Source: Actinomycetota bacterium
GTDB taxonomy: Bacteria; Actinomycetota; Actinomycetes; S36-B12; UBA5976
DNA length: 64,000 nt
NCBI GenBank assembly: GCA_026392515.1
Contig: JAPLBY010000034.1
Location: 67,692 to 131,691, forward strand
Reading direction: 5' to 3'
A program made the translations under genes and the position numbers. Shown here one piece after another: positions 8,424 to 16,895 of the stretch. Below the pieces are notes generated by a model. That model saw nothing but the letters and a program-made list of their open reading frames with translations, was not told the origin of the DNA and made no database searches. Numbering within the stretch: position 1 is the stretch's first letter; every line of letters begins with the position of its first letter.

Positions 8424-9194
8424 ATGAACTCAGATCTTGAATTGGCATTAGAAATGGCAGACGTAGCAGATCAGCTCTCTATGTCTCGATATCGAGCCCT
8501 TGATCTAAGCGTTGAAACTAAGCCAGATTTCACTCCGGTCACTGAAGCAGATCGCGCAGTTGAAACTGCAATCCGCGATTTACTTGCCAGCAAGCGTGCC
8601 GGTGACGGCGTCATCGGTGAAGAATTTCCAAATACCAATGAAGCCGCATCTCGAACCTGGATTATTGACCCAATTGACGCGACTAAGAATTACGTTCGCG
8701 GTGTTCCAGTTTGGGGCACCCTAATCGCACTTGCAATTGATGGTGAACCTGTTGTTGGCGTGGTATCCGCGCCTGCCATGGGAAGGCGCTGGTGGGCCAG
8801 TCCTGAAGATGGGGCATTTACTAAAGATGTTGATGGTTCTGTACGAAAGATTTCACCTTCGAAAGTGCAATCGCTAAGCGATGCCTCATTCTCTTATTCA
8901 GATCCAGTCGGCTGGGATTTACTCGGCAAAGATTCACTAGCAAAGATTACGAACGCAGTTTGGCGCACCAGAGGCTATGGTGACTTTTGGTCACACCTAC
9001 TCGTTGCCGAAGGTGCGGTCGACATCGCAATCGAACCAGAATTGCAAAACTATGACATGGCAGCTTTTATTGCGGTTGCTAACGCAGCTGGCTGCAAAGT
9101 CACGGGGGTAAAAGGTCAAACTGCAATGCAGGCTGGACATGCAATTACCACAAATGCCTTACTACATGATCAAGTTTTAGAACTACTTAACTAA
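8424..9194 (+). CDS. hisN: Inositol monophosphatase family enzyme, histidinol-phosphatase HisN-like
   Basis: WIIDPIDATKNYVRGVPVWGTLIAL and an N-terminus closely resembling Corynebacterium HisN (from memory). Confidence 0.75.
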   Translation: MNSDLELALEMADVADQLSMSRYRALDLSVETKPDFTPVTEADRAVETAIRDLLASKRAGDGVIGEEFPNTNEAASRTWIIDPIDATKNYVRGVPVWGTLIALAIDGEPVVGVVSAPAMGRRWWASPEDGAFTKDVDGSVRKISPSKVQSLSDASFSYSDPVGWDLLGKDSLAKITNAVWRTRGYGDFWSHLLVAEGAVDIAIEPELQNYDMAAFIAVANAAGCKVTGVKGQTAMQAGHAITTNALLHDQVLELLN

Positions 9195-10517
9195 GCGCGA
9201 GATTCGTACCGGCATCCCAGCCACTGGTCGCAAGGTTACGGAAGCGTCAATCGGAACTTGCGAATTGTGCACTGCTTCGACATTCCAAGTTGTTGAGATG
9301 TGAGCAAGAATTTGGGATCCTTCAAGTCTTGCCATCTCCTTACCAATACATAAGCGCGCACCAGCGCCAAACGGAATGTAGCCAAGTTGTGGGGTACCAG
9401 CTTTAAACCGGTCAGGCATAAATGCAGTTGGATTTTCCCAAGCTTTTGGATTTCGATGCACTAACCATGGACTCACAATCACAAGAGAATTTGCTGGAAT
9501 CAGTACGTCATCAACCGTTAAGTCACTTAATGTCCGACGAGTGATTACCCAAGCCGGCGGATACAACCGCAATGACTCATCGAATACCAGCTGGGCTCGA
9601 GTTGGATCATTCTTAAGTTTCTGTAATTCCTCTGGATTGGTAACCAATAAATGCCAAGCCCAAGTAAGTGCACTAGCAACGGTTTCATGACCGGCCACGA
9701 TGAACGTTGCTATCTCGTCGCGAATTTGTTGCTTTGTTAACGGAATCTCTAAATCTGGATCGAGTAATACATCCAACATGTCGCGAATAGGTGCATCTGC
9801 TGGAAGTTTGTTTAGATTCCGAGAACTCAATATTGCATAAACTGCTTTATCAAGTCGTTTGATTGCCCGTTTCATTCTTAGATTCGCAGGTGTTGGGAAA
9901 CCTAATGGAATTGAAATTGGATTACGCGCTCGAGCTACTACGCCATGAAGCGCAATTAAAGTTGCTGAAGTTATCTCGTCAACATCATCATCGACATCAA
10001 TTCCAAACAATGCGCCACAGGTGATCTCAAGCGCAAGGCTCATCATGGCGTGATCGATATCAACTATCGCGGTACCTTCCGATGTCAGTTCCAGCCACTG
10101 AGCATCAAGTTTTGCTAACCCAGCTTCAATGTGATTTACCGAAAGTGCCACCATCTCTTTGTGAAAAGCCGGCTGCAGCATTCGTCGCCGTGGTCGCCAA
10201 GCTTGCGTATCAGCAGTTAGTAATCCTTCTCCGGTTACCAGCGAGAGATTGTTGTATTGCAAAGTGCGCTTGGAAGTTTCGTTGTGCTGATTAACCAGAA
10301 CTTCTCTGGCGCCTTCAGGACTTGTCACTAAGTAGGTCGCTGGTTTGGGAATTGGGAACTGAACTACATCACCAAATTCCGACCAAGTGGCTTCAAGGTA
10401 CGTAAGTGGATCTGACGTAATGCTCTTGATGCTTCGTAGCATTGACCCACCTTGGGGACCGATAGCCGTTACTGGAGTGTTCCAGCCGTATCGCTTTGGC
10501 GTCTTCTTGCCAGACAT
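9183..10517 (-). CDS. Cytochrome P450
   Basis: Heme-thiolate loop FGAGARLCIGKEMA, AGHETV I-helix and ESLRLYPP (ExxR). Confidence 0.92.
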   Translation of the reverse strand: MSGKKTPKRYGWNTPVTAIGPQGGSMLRSIKSITSDPLTYLEATWSEFGDVVQFPIPKPATYLVTSPEGAREVLVNQHNETSKRTLQYNNLSLVTGEGLLTADTQAWRPRRRMLQPAFHKEMVALSVNHIEAGLAKLDAQWLELTSEGTAIVDIDHAMMSLALEITCGALFGIDVDDDVDEITSATLIALHGVVARARNPISIPLGFPTPANLRMKRAIKRLDKAVYAILSSRNLNKLPADAPIRDMLDVLLDPDLEIPLTKQQIRDEIATFIVAGHETVASALTWAWHLLVTNPEELQKLKNDPTRAQLVFDESLRLYPPAWVITRRTLSDLTVDDVLIPANSLVIVSPWLVHRNPKAWENPTAFMPDRFKAGTPQLGYIPFGAGARLCIGKEMARLEGSQILAHISTTWNVEAVHNSQVPIDASVTLRPVAGMPVRISRLVK

Positions 10518-11411
10518 TTAGGAAGCAATCAACTTAGCGTCACGGCGAATTGGCAAAAGTCCCAGCACTAATGCGCTACCAAGCAAGATGCAGGCTGCAC
10601 CGATTAGGTCGGTAACAGTTACGGTCTCCCCCAAGAATGCTGCGCCAACGATTACTGCCACCACTGGAACCATGAACTCCGTTGTTAGAGCTTTAGTCGC
10701 ACCAATTTCGGCTACTAGGCGGAAGTACAAAATGTAAGCCAATGAGCTTGCCGTTCCGGCTAATAAGAAGAGCCATCCGAAAGATGCAAGCGTCGGAGTC
10801 TTAACGATTGGCACCACAAACATAAATGGCAAAAGGTAAAGTCCGCCAAATGTGAAGGTTCCGATGGTCTGTTCCCATGCACCAATATGTTGCGCCTTAA
10901 CTTTGGAATAGTTTCCGCCAAGTGCGAAGCCAAAGGAAGCAATCGTTGATCCGATAAATCCTAGAAAGAAATCTAAATCTAGGGCCTGCGAGGAAAGTCC
11001 GATCAGAATTACTACTCCCCCAAAACCAATCCACAAACCCAAGATCATTAACTTAGTGTGCTTAGCTTTACCCCAGACTCTCTCGATAAGCGCACTGTAA
11101 AGCGGGATAGTAGTTACCAAAATTGCAGTAAGAGCAGTGCCTAGTTTTGAAAGCGCATAAGTCATGCCGCCCAGGTTCATAGCAACTGACGTGGCACCCA
11201 GAATCGCGAAATGCTTAGTGTCATTCACGTCATAAGTGAGCGCGACTTTCATTACTTTGGCTAGAACCAAAAGAATAAGAACTGCTGCAAAGGCACGGAA
11301 ACTTACCCCGCCAACCCAGCCAAAAGTTTCAACTACTTTGGTTAGCCAAACAAAGGAAAGTCCCCAGAACATAAAGGTCCAGAAGTACATGTTCAGCTGG
11401 CGTGTAGTCAC
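10518..11411 (-). CDS. DMT superfamily (EamA-type) transporter
   Basis: 297 aa, about 10 TM, two EamA-like halves. Stop abuts the P450 ATG (TAAATG). Confidence 0.8.
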   Translation of the reverse strand: MTTRQLNMYFWTFMFWGLSFVWLTKVVETFGWVGGVSFRAFAAVLILLVLAKVMKVALTYDVNDTKHFAILGATSVAMNLGGMTYALSKLGTALTAILVTTIPLYSALIERVWGKAKHTKLMILGLWIGFGGVVILIGLSSQALDLDFFLGFIGSTIASFGFALGGNYSKVKAQHIGAWEQTIGTFTFGGLYLLPFMFVVPIVKTPTLASFGWLFLLAGTASSLAYILYFRLVAEIGATKALTTEFMVPVVAVIVGAAFLGETVTVTDLIGAACILLGSALVLGLLPIRRDAKLIAS

Positions 11412-11436
11412 GCCTTAACTCTATCGGCGCAGGACT

Positions 11437-12375
11437 TTAGGCTCCCAATGCAGCAATCGCGTCGATCAACATGTTCCAGAACTTTTCAACATCCAATTCC
11501 ATTGCGACATCAACATTTGCTTTTTGACCTGTTGTGCCATGCAAGTCAACGACGGTAGCACCACGAGTAAGTTCGCCAGTTAACTCCACGGACACTGGCG
11601 CCGAAACTAGTTTGGCTACCGTAATGTCGATGATGATTGCCAAGGCAACTGGGTCGTGAACCGGAGGATCTGGCATCCCAAAAACATCTCGATAAGTGTC
11701 TGCAAAGAACTTAAGTAAGTCGACAATTGTGTGCGCCAGTTTTGTGTCTAGTTTTGAAATGCGATCCAAGACTTCCGAAGTAGCCAACGCTTGGTGAGTG
11801 ATATTGAGGCCAGACATGATCAAAGGCAACCCACTTCGCAACACTATGTCTGCAGCTTCTGGGTCTGCCCAAATATTGAATTCGGCGTACGGTGTCCAGT
11901 TGCCACGTTCAGTACTGCCACCCATAAATGAAATATGTTCAATTCGGTCATGAAGCTCGGGATGAGCCTGCAAGAACATCGCAATGTTTGTCAGTGGGCC
12001 AGTTGGAATCAGAGTTACTTTTCGATCGCAGTTACGAACGAGATCTGCGATTAACTCAACAGCAGATAGCGGGCTTAGTTTAAAAGTCGGTTCTGGTAAT
12101 TCAGCACCGTCTAAAGCAGTGGCGCCGTGGATGGTCGGAGCAGCACTTGCCTTGCCAGCCATCGGATCATTTGCACCCCTTGCAATCGGAACCGTTATGT
12201 TCGCTAGCGCACAAATTCGTTGGGCGTTATAGGTGACTTTTTCAAGAGAACCGTTTCCGGAAACCGTCGTGATACCCAAAAGTTCAATTGCTGGGTGAGC
12301 TGCAGCCAACAAAATTGCCATTGCGTCATCGTGGCCTGGATCGCAATCTAAAACTATTGGCGTAGGCAAAGTCAT
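11437..12375 (-). CDS. Nucleoside hydrolase (IU-NH family)
   Basis: N-terminal DCDPGHDDAMAI aspartate cluster. 312 aa. Confidence 0.9.
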   Translation of the reverse strand: MTLPTPIVLDCDPGHDDAMAILLAAAHPAIELLGITTVSGNGSLEKVTYNAQRICALANITVPIARGANDPMAGKASAAPTIHGATALDGAELPEPTFKLSPLSAVELIADLVRNCDRKVTLIPTGPLTNIAMFLQAHPELHDRIEHISFMGGSTERGNWTPYAEFNIWADPEAADIVLRSGLPLIMSGLNITHQALATSEVLDRISKLDTKLAHTIVDLLKFFADTYRDVFGMPDPPVHDPVALAIIIDITVAKLVSAPVSVELTGELTRGATVVDLHGTTGQKANVDVAMELDVEKFWNMLIDAIAALGA

Positions 12376-12438
12376 AACCCCATTGTGCCGTATGGCTAGA
12401 GATAGTCTTGTTACGCCTACTTACTTAACGGAGTCAAC

Positions 12439-13719
12439 ATGTCAACAACGCTCACTCTTACATCCGAAGAGCAAGCAATGCTTGATGGTGAACACGGGCC
12501 AGCGGTTGCAATGTGCATGCGCATCATCGTAGGAGTTGCTCGGGCCAATGGCGCGGAGAAGTTGATTGAAATTGAATCTGCTCATGCTGATGGCACTTTA
12601 TATCATGGTGAAGCTGGCTTAGATTTCACAGAAAAACTCGTTGATCTCGGTGGCAAAGTTAAGGTCAAGACCACAACCAATGTTGGATCACTTGATTTGT
12701 TGCATCCGAATTTAGTTCATGGCGATGAAACACTAATGTCGCACGGTCGTCGCTTGATGGATGCGCACATTGCGCTGGGTTGCGAACCAACTTGGTCATG
12801 TGCGCCTTATCAAGCTGGTCATCGCCCAGCCTTTGGAAGCCATGTTGCATGGGCTGAATCAAATGCAATTGCCTTTGTTAATTCAGTACTGGGCGCGCGT
12901 TCCGATCGTTACGGCGACTTTCTAGATTTGTCTGCTGCTGTAACTGGGCGCGTTCCGTTCGGAGGACTGCATCACGATGCAGCTCGCAAGGCAGTTTTAG
13001 TTCTAGATTTCTCCGAAATTGATTCGAGAGTTTTTTCTGAAGATGCAGCCTGGGCAGCACTTGGCGTGATTTTGGGAAATCGCGCTGGCACCAGAGTGGC
13101 TGCCATGGTTGGACTTCCTGGTGATCTTTCTGACGGTGGCGTTACTGAAGATCGCCTAAAAGGCATGGGTGCAACCAGCGCATCCGCAGGCGGTGTCGGA
13201 CTTTTCCATGTTGTGGGCGTTACCCCAGAAGCTCCAACTTTGGAAGCGATTGTTGCTCCGAATGCTGAGTATTTGAAAATGACTACAGCTGATGTGCGCG
13301 AAGCTCGGGACACCTTAAGTACTACATCGAGTGAAAAACTAGATGCCGTGAGTCTTGGCACACCACATTTTTCGGTAGACGAATTTAGAGCGTTAGCAGA
13401 AGTAATCGGTGATGGTCCAAAGTTTGCCGAAAACATAGATTTCTATATTTCAACTAGCCGAGATGTTATGGCACGCTCTAAGGACCTTGGTTACTTAGAT
13501 GTATTCCTAACTGCAGGTGGTCGCGTGGTAACTGATACCTGTACCTACGTAACTCCAGTACTAAATCGAGATGTGAAAAATGTAATGACAAATTCCGGTA
13601 AGTGGGCCTGGTATGCCCCAGGAAATTTGGGAATCGACACAGTGTTAGGCAGCCTCTCCGAATGTGTAGCGTCCGCGCGCGCTGGAAAAGTTGTTCGAGA
13701 CGAAAGCTTGTGGTCGTAA
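12439..13719 (+). CDS. Aconitase X, large (catalytic, DUF521) subunit
   Basis: 426 aa. N-terminal LTSEEQAMLDGEHGPAVAMCMRI... typical of DUF521/AcnX. Followed at a 2-nt spacing by the swivel subunit. Confidence 0.8.
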   Translation: MSTTLTLTSEEQAMLDGEHGPAVAMCMRIIVGVARANGAEKLIEIESAHADGTLYHGEAGLDFTEKLVDLGGKVKVKTTTNVGSLDLLHPNLVHGDETLMSHGRRLMDAHIALGCEPTWSCAPYQAGHRPAFGSHVAWAESNAIAFVNSVLGARSDRYGDFLDLSAAVTGRVPFGGLHHDAARKAVLVLDFSEIDSRVFSEDAAWAALGVILGNRAGTRVAAMVGLPGDLSDGGVTEDRLKGMGATSASAGGVGLFHVVGVTPEAPTLEAIVAPNAEYLKMTTADVREARDTLSTTSSEKLDAVSLGTPHFSVDEFRALAEVIGDGPKFAENIDFYISTSRDVMARSKDLGYLDVFLTAGGRVVTDTCTYVTPVLNRDVKNVMTNSGKWAWYAPGNLGIDTVLGSLSECVASARAGKVVRDESLWS

Positions 13720-13721
13720 TT

Positions 13722-14147
13722 ATGGCAAAAGTATTGACTGGCAAGATTTCTCATCCTGGCGTTGCTGAGGGTGAAGTGCTGTTACTGACCGAACCAGTTT
13801 CATTTTGGGGTGGCGTGGATCATCATGGCGAAATCATTGATGTTCATCATGCCCAGCACAAAGCCAAAATGACCAACAAGATTCTCGTCATGCCTTCTGG
13901 GCGTGGCTCAAGTTCAGCAACTGCAGTTTTGGCTGAATTGATTAGAACTGGTGACGGTCCCCTGGCAATCGTGATGCTGCAATGCGACACGATCCTAGTA
14001 ATTGGCGCCTTGGTATCTGCCGAGATTTATGACATTAGCCTTCCCATCGTTGAACTTGAGCAAGCTGAATACGATCAGCTAACTGATGGCATGCGGGTGT
14101 CTGTGGATGCCAGATCTGATCAAGAAGTTGCCACAATTAGTTTCTAG
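13722..14147 (+). CDS. Aconitase X, small swivel-domain (DUF126) subunit
   Basis: MAKVLTGKISHPGVAEGEVLLLTEPVSFWGGVD...MPSGRGSSS, typical of DUF126. ATG 13722 is used instead of the track start at 13602, which would overlap the upstream gene. Confidence 0.8.
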   Translation: MAKVLTGKISHPGVAEGEVLLLTEPVSFWGGVDHHGEIIDVHHAQHKAKMTNKILVMPSGRGSSSATAVLAELIRTGDGPLAIVMLQCDTILVIGALVSAEIYDISLPIVELEQAEYDQLTDGMRVSVDARSDQEVATISF

Positions 14148-14173
14148 CTGAGATGTGTTTAGAGAGGTTCAAC

Positions 14174-15556
14174 ATGAATAAAGTTGATCTTTTAATTACG
14201 AACGCTAAATCGATAGCCACCATGAATGATTCCCGCGAGGTAATCCTCGATAACGGCTGGCTAGCAGTTAAGGGCGGATTGATAGTTCAAATCGGTACGG
14301 GTAGCACCGATCAGCCTGAAGCAATAACTGTTGTCGATGCCACAGGGTGTTTGCTGACTCCTGGATTAGTTAATTCACATCAACATCTTTATCAAAACTT
14401 GACGCGCTCGATGAAACCAAATGGTGTAACCGGTCTAACCGAATGGTTTTGGACTTACTTTCCAATGTGGAAAGAACTTGATGAAGAAGCGATCCGAACT
14501 TCAGTTCGGCTTGGCTTGTTTGAATTGGCGCTTTCTGGGTGTACCACAGCTACGGATCATGAATACATCCATCCATTTCCATATTTAATGGATGCAGTAA
14601 TTGAGGAAGCTGCTGAAGTTCGTATGCGTCTGATGGCAGTTCGCGGTTCCATGACACTTGGGCCAGAACATGGTGGTGTGTGCTTGCCGGGGATGGCTGA
14701 AGATGAAGAAGATGTAATTTCAGATTCAATCCGATTAATCAAAAAGTGGCATGATCCGAAGCCATCAGCAATGGTGCAAATCGCACTTGGGCCAAGTAAC
14801 TTGATGAGCTCGACCAAAACCGTATTTACTCGAAGCGCAGAAATTGCAAAAGAGTACGGTGTTCGGCTGCATACCCACATAGCTGATGACCCGGATGAAA
14901 CTGAATACGTATTAAAACACTTTGGTAAGACTCCGCTTGAAGTTCTCGAGAGCTTGGGCTGGTTTACCGAAGACACTTGGTGCGCTCATGTCGTTTACCC
15001 ATCAGAAGCAGAGATGCAACGGTTAGCTGCAGCCGGAGTTTCAGTAGCTCACTGCCCTAGCGCAACTGTGATTGACGGTGGTTTACCTGGTGGACCAACA
15101 CCAGTTCGAGACTTACTAAACGCGGGAGTCAATGTTGGAATTGGGTGTGATGGCGCAACTGCCGGAGATCACCAATCCATGTGGATGGAAACTAAGACTG
15201 CATTGCTTTTGTCAAGACTTCGGGAAGGAACGGTCCAAGCCATGACTGCCATGGACGCATTGTGGCTGGCTACCCGAGGTAGCGCCAAGGCGATAGGCAG
15301 AGAAGGCAACATCGGTCAATTATCGATCGGAGCCAATGCAGATATCGCAATCTGGAAAATGGATGGCATCCAGTATGCGGGGTCTCTCGTCGACGATGTC
15401 ACTGCTCTGTTGCAGGGCGGGCCTGCCCAAGTTTGGTCAAGCTGGGTTGGCGGTGCACCTTTGGTCCAGGAAGGAAAACTCGTTGGCATTAACGTTGAAG
15501 AAGAAGTATCTCGCCATACAAAATCTGCGCGACGCCTGCAGTCATTTAGTCAATAA
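14174..15556 (+). CDS. Amidohydrolase superfamily deaminase (COG0402; 8-oxoguanine deaminase / AtzB-like)
   Basis: TPGLVNSHQHLYQ metal-binding HxH, and later HTHIAD and HC..A motifs. GAGAGG precedes ATG 14174. Confidence 0.8.
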   Translation: MNKVDLLITNAKSIATMNDSREVILDNGWLAVKGGLIVQIGTGSTDQPEAITVVDATGCLLTPGLVNSHQHLYQNLTRSMKPNGVTGLTEWFWTYFPMWKELDEEAIRTSVRLGLFELALSGCTTATDHEYIHPFPYLMDAVIEEAAEVRMRLMAVRGSMTLGPEHGGVCLPGMAEDEEDVISDSIRLIKKWHDPKPSAMVQIALGPSNLMSSTKTVFTRSAEIAKEYGVRLHTHIADDPDETEYVLKHFGKTPLEVLESLGWFTEDTWCAHVVYPSEAEMQRLAAAGVSVAHCPSATVIDGGLPGGPTPVRDLLNAGVNVGIGCDGATAGDHQSMWMETKTALLLSRLREGTVQAMTAMDALWLATRGSAKAIGREGNIGQLSIGANADIAIWKMDGIQYAGSLVDDVTALLQGGPAQVWSSWVGGAPLVQEGKLVGINVEEEVSRHTKSARRLQSFSQ

Positions 15557-15636
15557 AAGCAACACCTGAGCCTGATGGAAAATTCATCATTCGTAACGTC
15601 GTTACACTTGGAACTGAATCAACCAGAAAGCAAGCC

Positions 15637-16725
15637 ATGTCAAAAGTAAAGGATTTCTTTACCCCGCGAAATGTAGCGGGTGAAAAAGTCACACTCATCG
15701 ACATTATTAATGCCCCATACTTCCGGCTAGCGACACTAACGACTATTGCTGGCACATTGGCTTACTTCATCGGTGCAAACCTTCCAATGGTTTCTGGTGT
15801 ATCGGCAGCTATTACCGCAATCGTTTCGGTTCGCCACACTTTCCATGACTCAATTCAAGAAAGCTTTCTTCAAATTCTTGGTGTGGTTATTGGAGGCACG
15901 GTTGCCTTTGCCGCTATGAAGCTAATTGGCTTTAACTCGGTTGTGGTTATGCTCGCAATCTTTACCTGTTTTGTTACTGCGCGATTGTTAAAGCTGGGTG
16001 AAGAAGGCGCAATTGCTATTGCCGTAACCGTGATTCTGGTAGTTGGCCCGAACGTTACTGCCAGCACAATTGAACAACGCTTTTTCGGTGTGTTACTAGG
16101 TGCAACACTTGCAACTTTCGCGTCTTATTTCGTGCGTAAGGGATCGCCGCAAGATCGTGCTTTGAAAGCTGGTATTGAACAGTCCTTTGCCATGTCTGCG
16201 CTACTTAATGCCATTGCTAAAGCCCTTACTGAAAATGACGGAACTGTTGATCCAAAAGTTGCCAGTCGCTGGTTGGCGCGCGCTGAATTTATTGCGAATG
16301 AAATAGATGAGATCAAAGCAAATGCTGAATCCGCATTGGCAGGTTCCGCTTGGTCTCCTGCTATTGATCATGCGGAAGCAAAAGCGGTAGTTGAACAAAT
16401 GGAAATGACTGAAGCAACGGCAGGAACGGTTCTCAATATCTGCCGTGAACTTGTTTTAACTTCTGGCAGTTCCCAGCAGTTGCCGGCGCTATTGGCTGCA
16501 GCACTAGCTGGAGTGTTGAGTGCAACTGCAGAAGTTATCTCCGACCAAGCCGAGATTGCCGAAGACTCCCCTGGCGATGTTGAGCACGAAGACCTTGAAG
16601 AGTGGCAAGACCAGCGCCAGAAGGCCATTACGCAGCTTCGTAACCTTGATGACACCCAACCACTTTTGATTGGTGGTTCGATCCTGCGAGATGCGGAAAA
16701 GATCACTGAGATTTTGAGTGACTAG
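15637..16725 (+). CDS. FUSC / aromatic-acid-exporter-like membrane protein
   Basis: N-terminal half has about 5 TM segments (GVVIGGTVAFAAMK...). C-terminal half is a soluble helical region. 362 aa. Confidence 0.6.
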   Translation: MSKVKDFFTPRNVAGEKVTLIDIINAPYFRLATLTTIAGTLAYFIGANLPMVSGVSAAITAIVSVRHTFHDSIQESFLQILGVVIGGTVAFAAMKLIGFNSVVVMLAIFTCFVTARLLKLGEEGAIAIAVTVILVVGPNVTASTIEQRFFGVLLGATLATFASYFVRKGSPQDRALKAGIEQSFAMSALLNAIAKALTENDGTVDPKVASRWLARAEFIANEIDEIKANAESALAGSAWSPAIDHAEAKAVVEQMEMTEATAGTVLNICRELVLTSGSSQQLPALLAAALAGVLSATAEVISDQAEIAEDSPGDVEHEDLEEWQDQRQKAITQLRNLDDTQPLLIGGSILRDAEKITEILSD

Positions 16726-16730
16726 AGAGA

Positions 16731-16784
16731 CCCGCTACTAAAAAGAAAAGACACCCGAAGGTGTCTTTTCTTTTTAGTAGCGGG
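16731..16784. terminator. Bidirectional terminator inside a 25-bp perfect inverted repeat
   Basis: cccgctactaaaaagaaaagacacc-cgaa-ggtgtcttttctttttagtagcggg. The GACACC/GGTGTC core is followed by a T-rich run on both strands. The right arm includes the last 7 nt of the tRNA. Confidence 0.8.
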
Positions 16785-16851
16785 GACAGGATTTGAACCT
16801 GTGACCTCTGGGTTATGAGCCCAGCGAGCTACCGAGCTGCTCCACCCCGCG
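16778..16851 (-). tRNA. Initiator tRNA-Met (CAT anticodon), CCA not encoded
   Basis: Reverse complement is CGCGGGGTGGAGCAGCTCGGTAGCTCGCTGGGCTCATAACCCAGAGGTCACAGGTTCAAATCCTGTCCCCGCTA. It shows a C1:U72 mismatch and three G-C pairs closing the anticodon stem (GGG/CCC), as in bacterial tRNA-fMet. Confidence 0.93.
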
Positions 16852-16862
16852 TCGGTTTTTCA

Positions 16863-16891
16863 AGGATACGCGAGGATTCCAGCCCAACCAA
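16863..16891 (-). promoter_or_regulatory. Candidate promoter of the tRNA-fMet gene
   Basis: On the minus strand: TTGGTT, 17-nt spacer, TATCCT. The -10 ends about 11 nt before the tRNA 5' end. It overlaps the 3' end region of the UPF0182 gene. Confidence 0.4.
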
Positions 16892-16895
16892 ATCG

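Noticed and set aside
16731-16851. tRNA-flanking repeat as an att site marking an integrated island (9183-16725)
   Set aside because: The repeat is inverted rather than direct. It shares only 7 nt with the tRNA. No integrase, excisionase or other mobility gene is present in the window.
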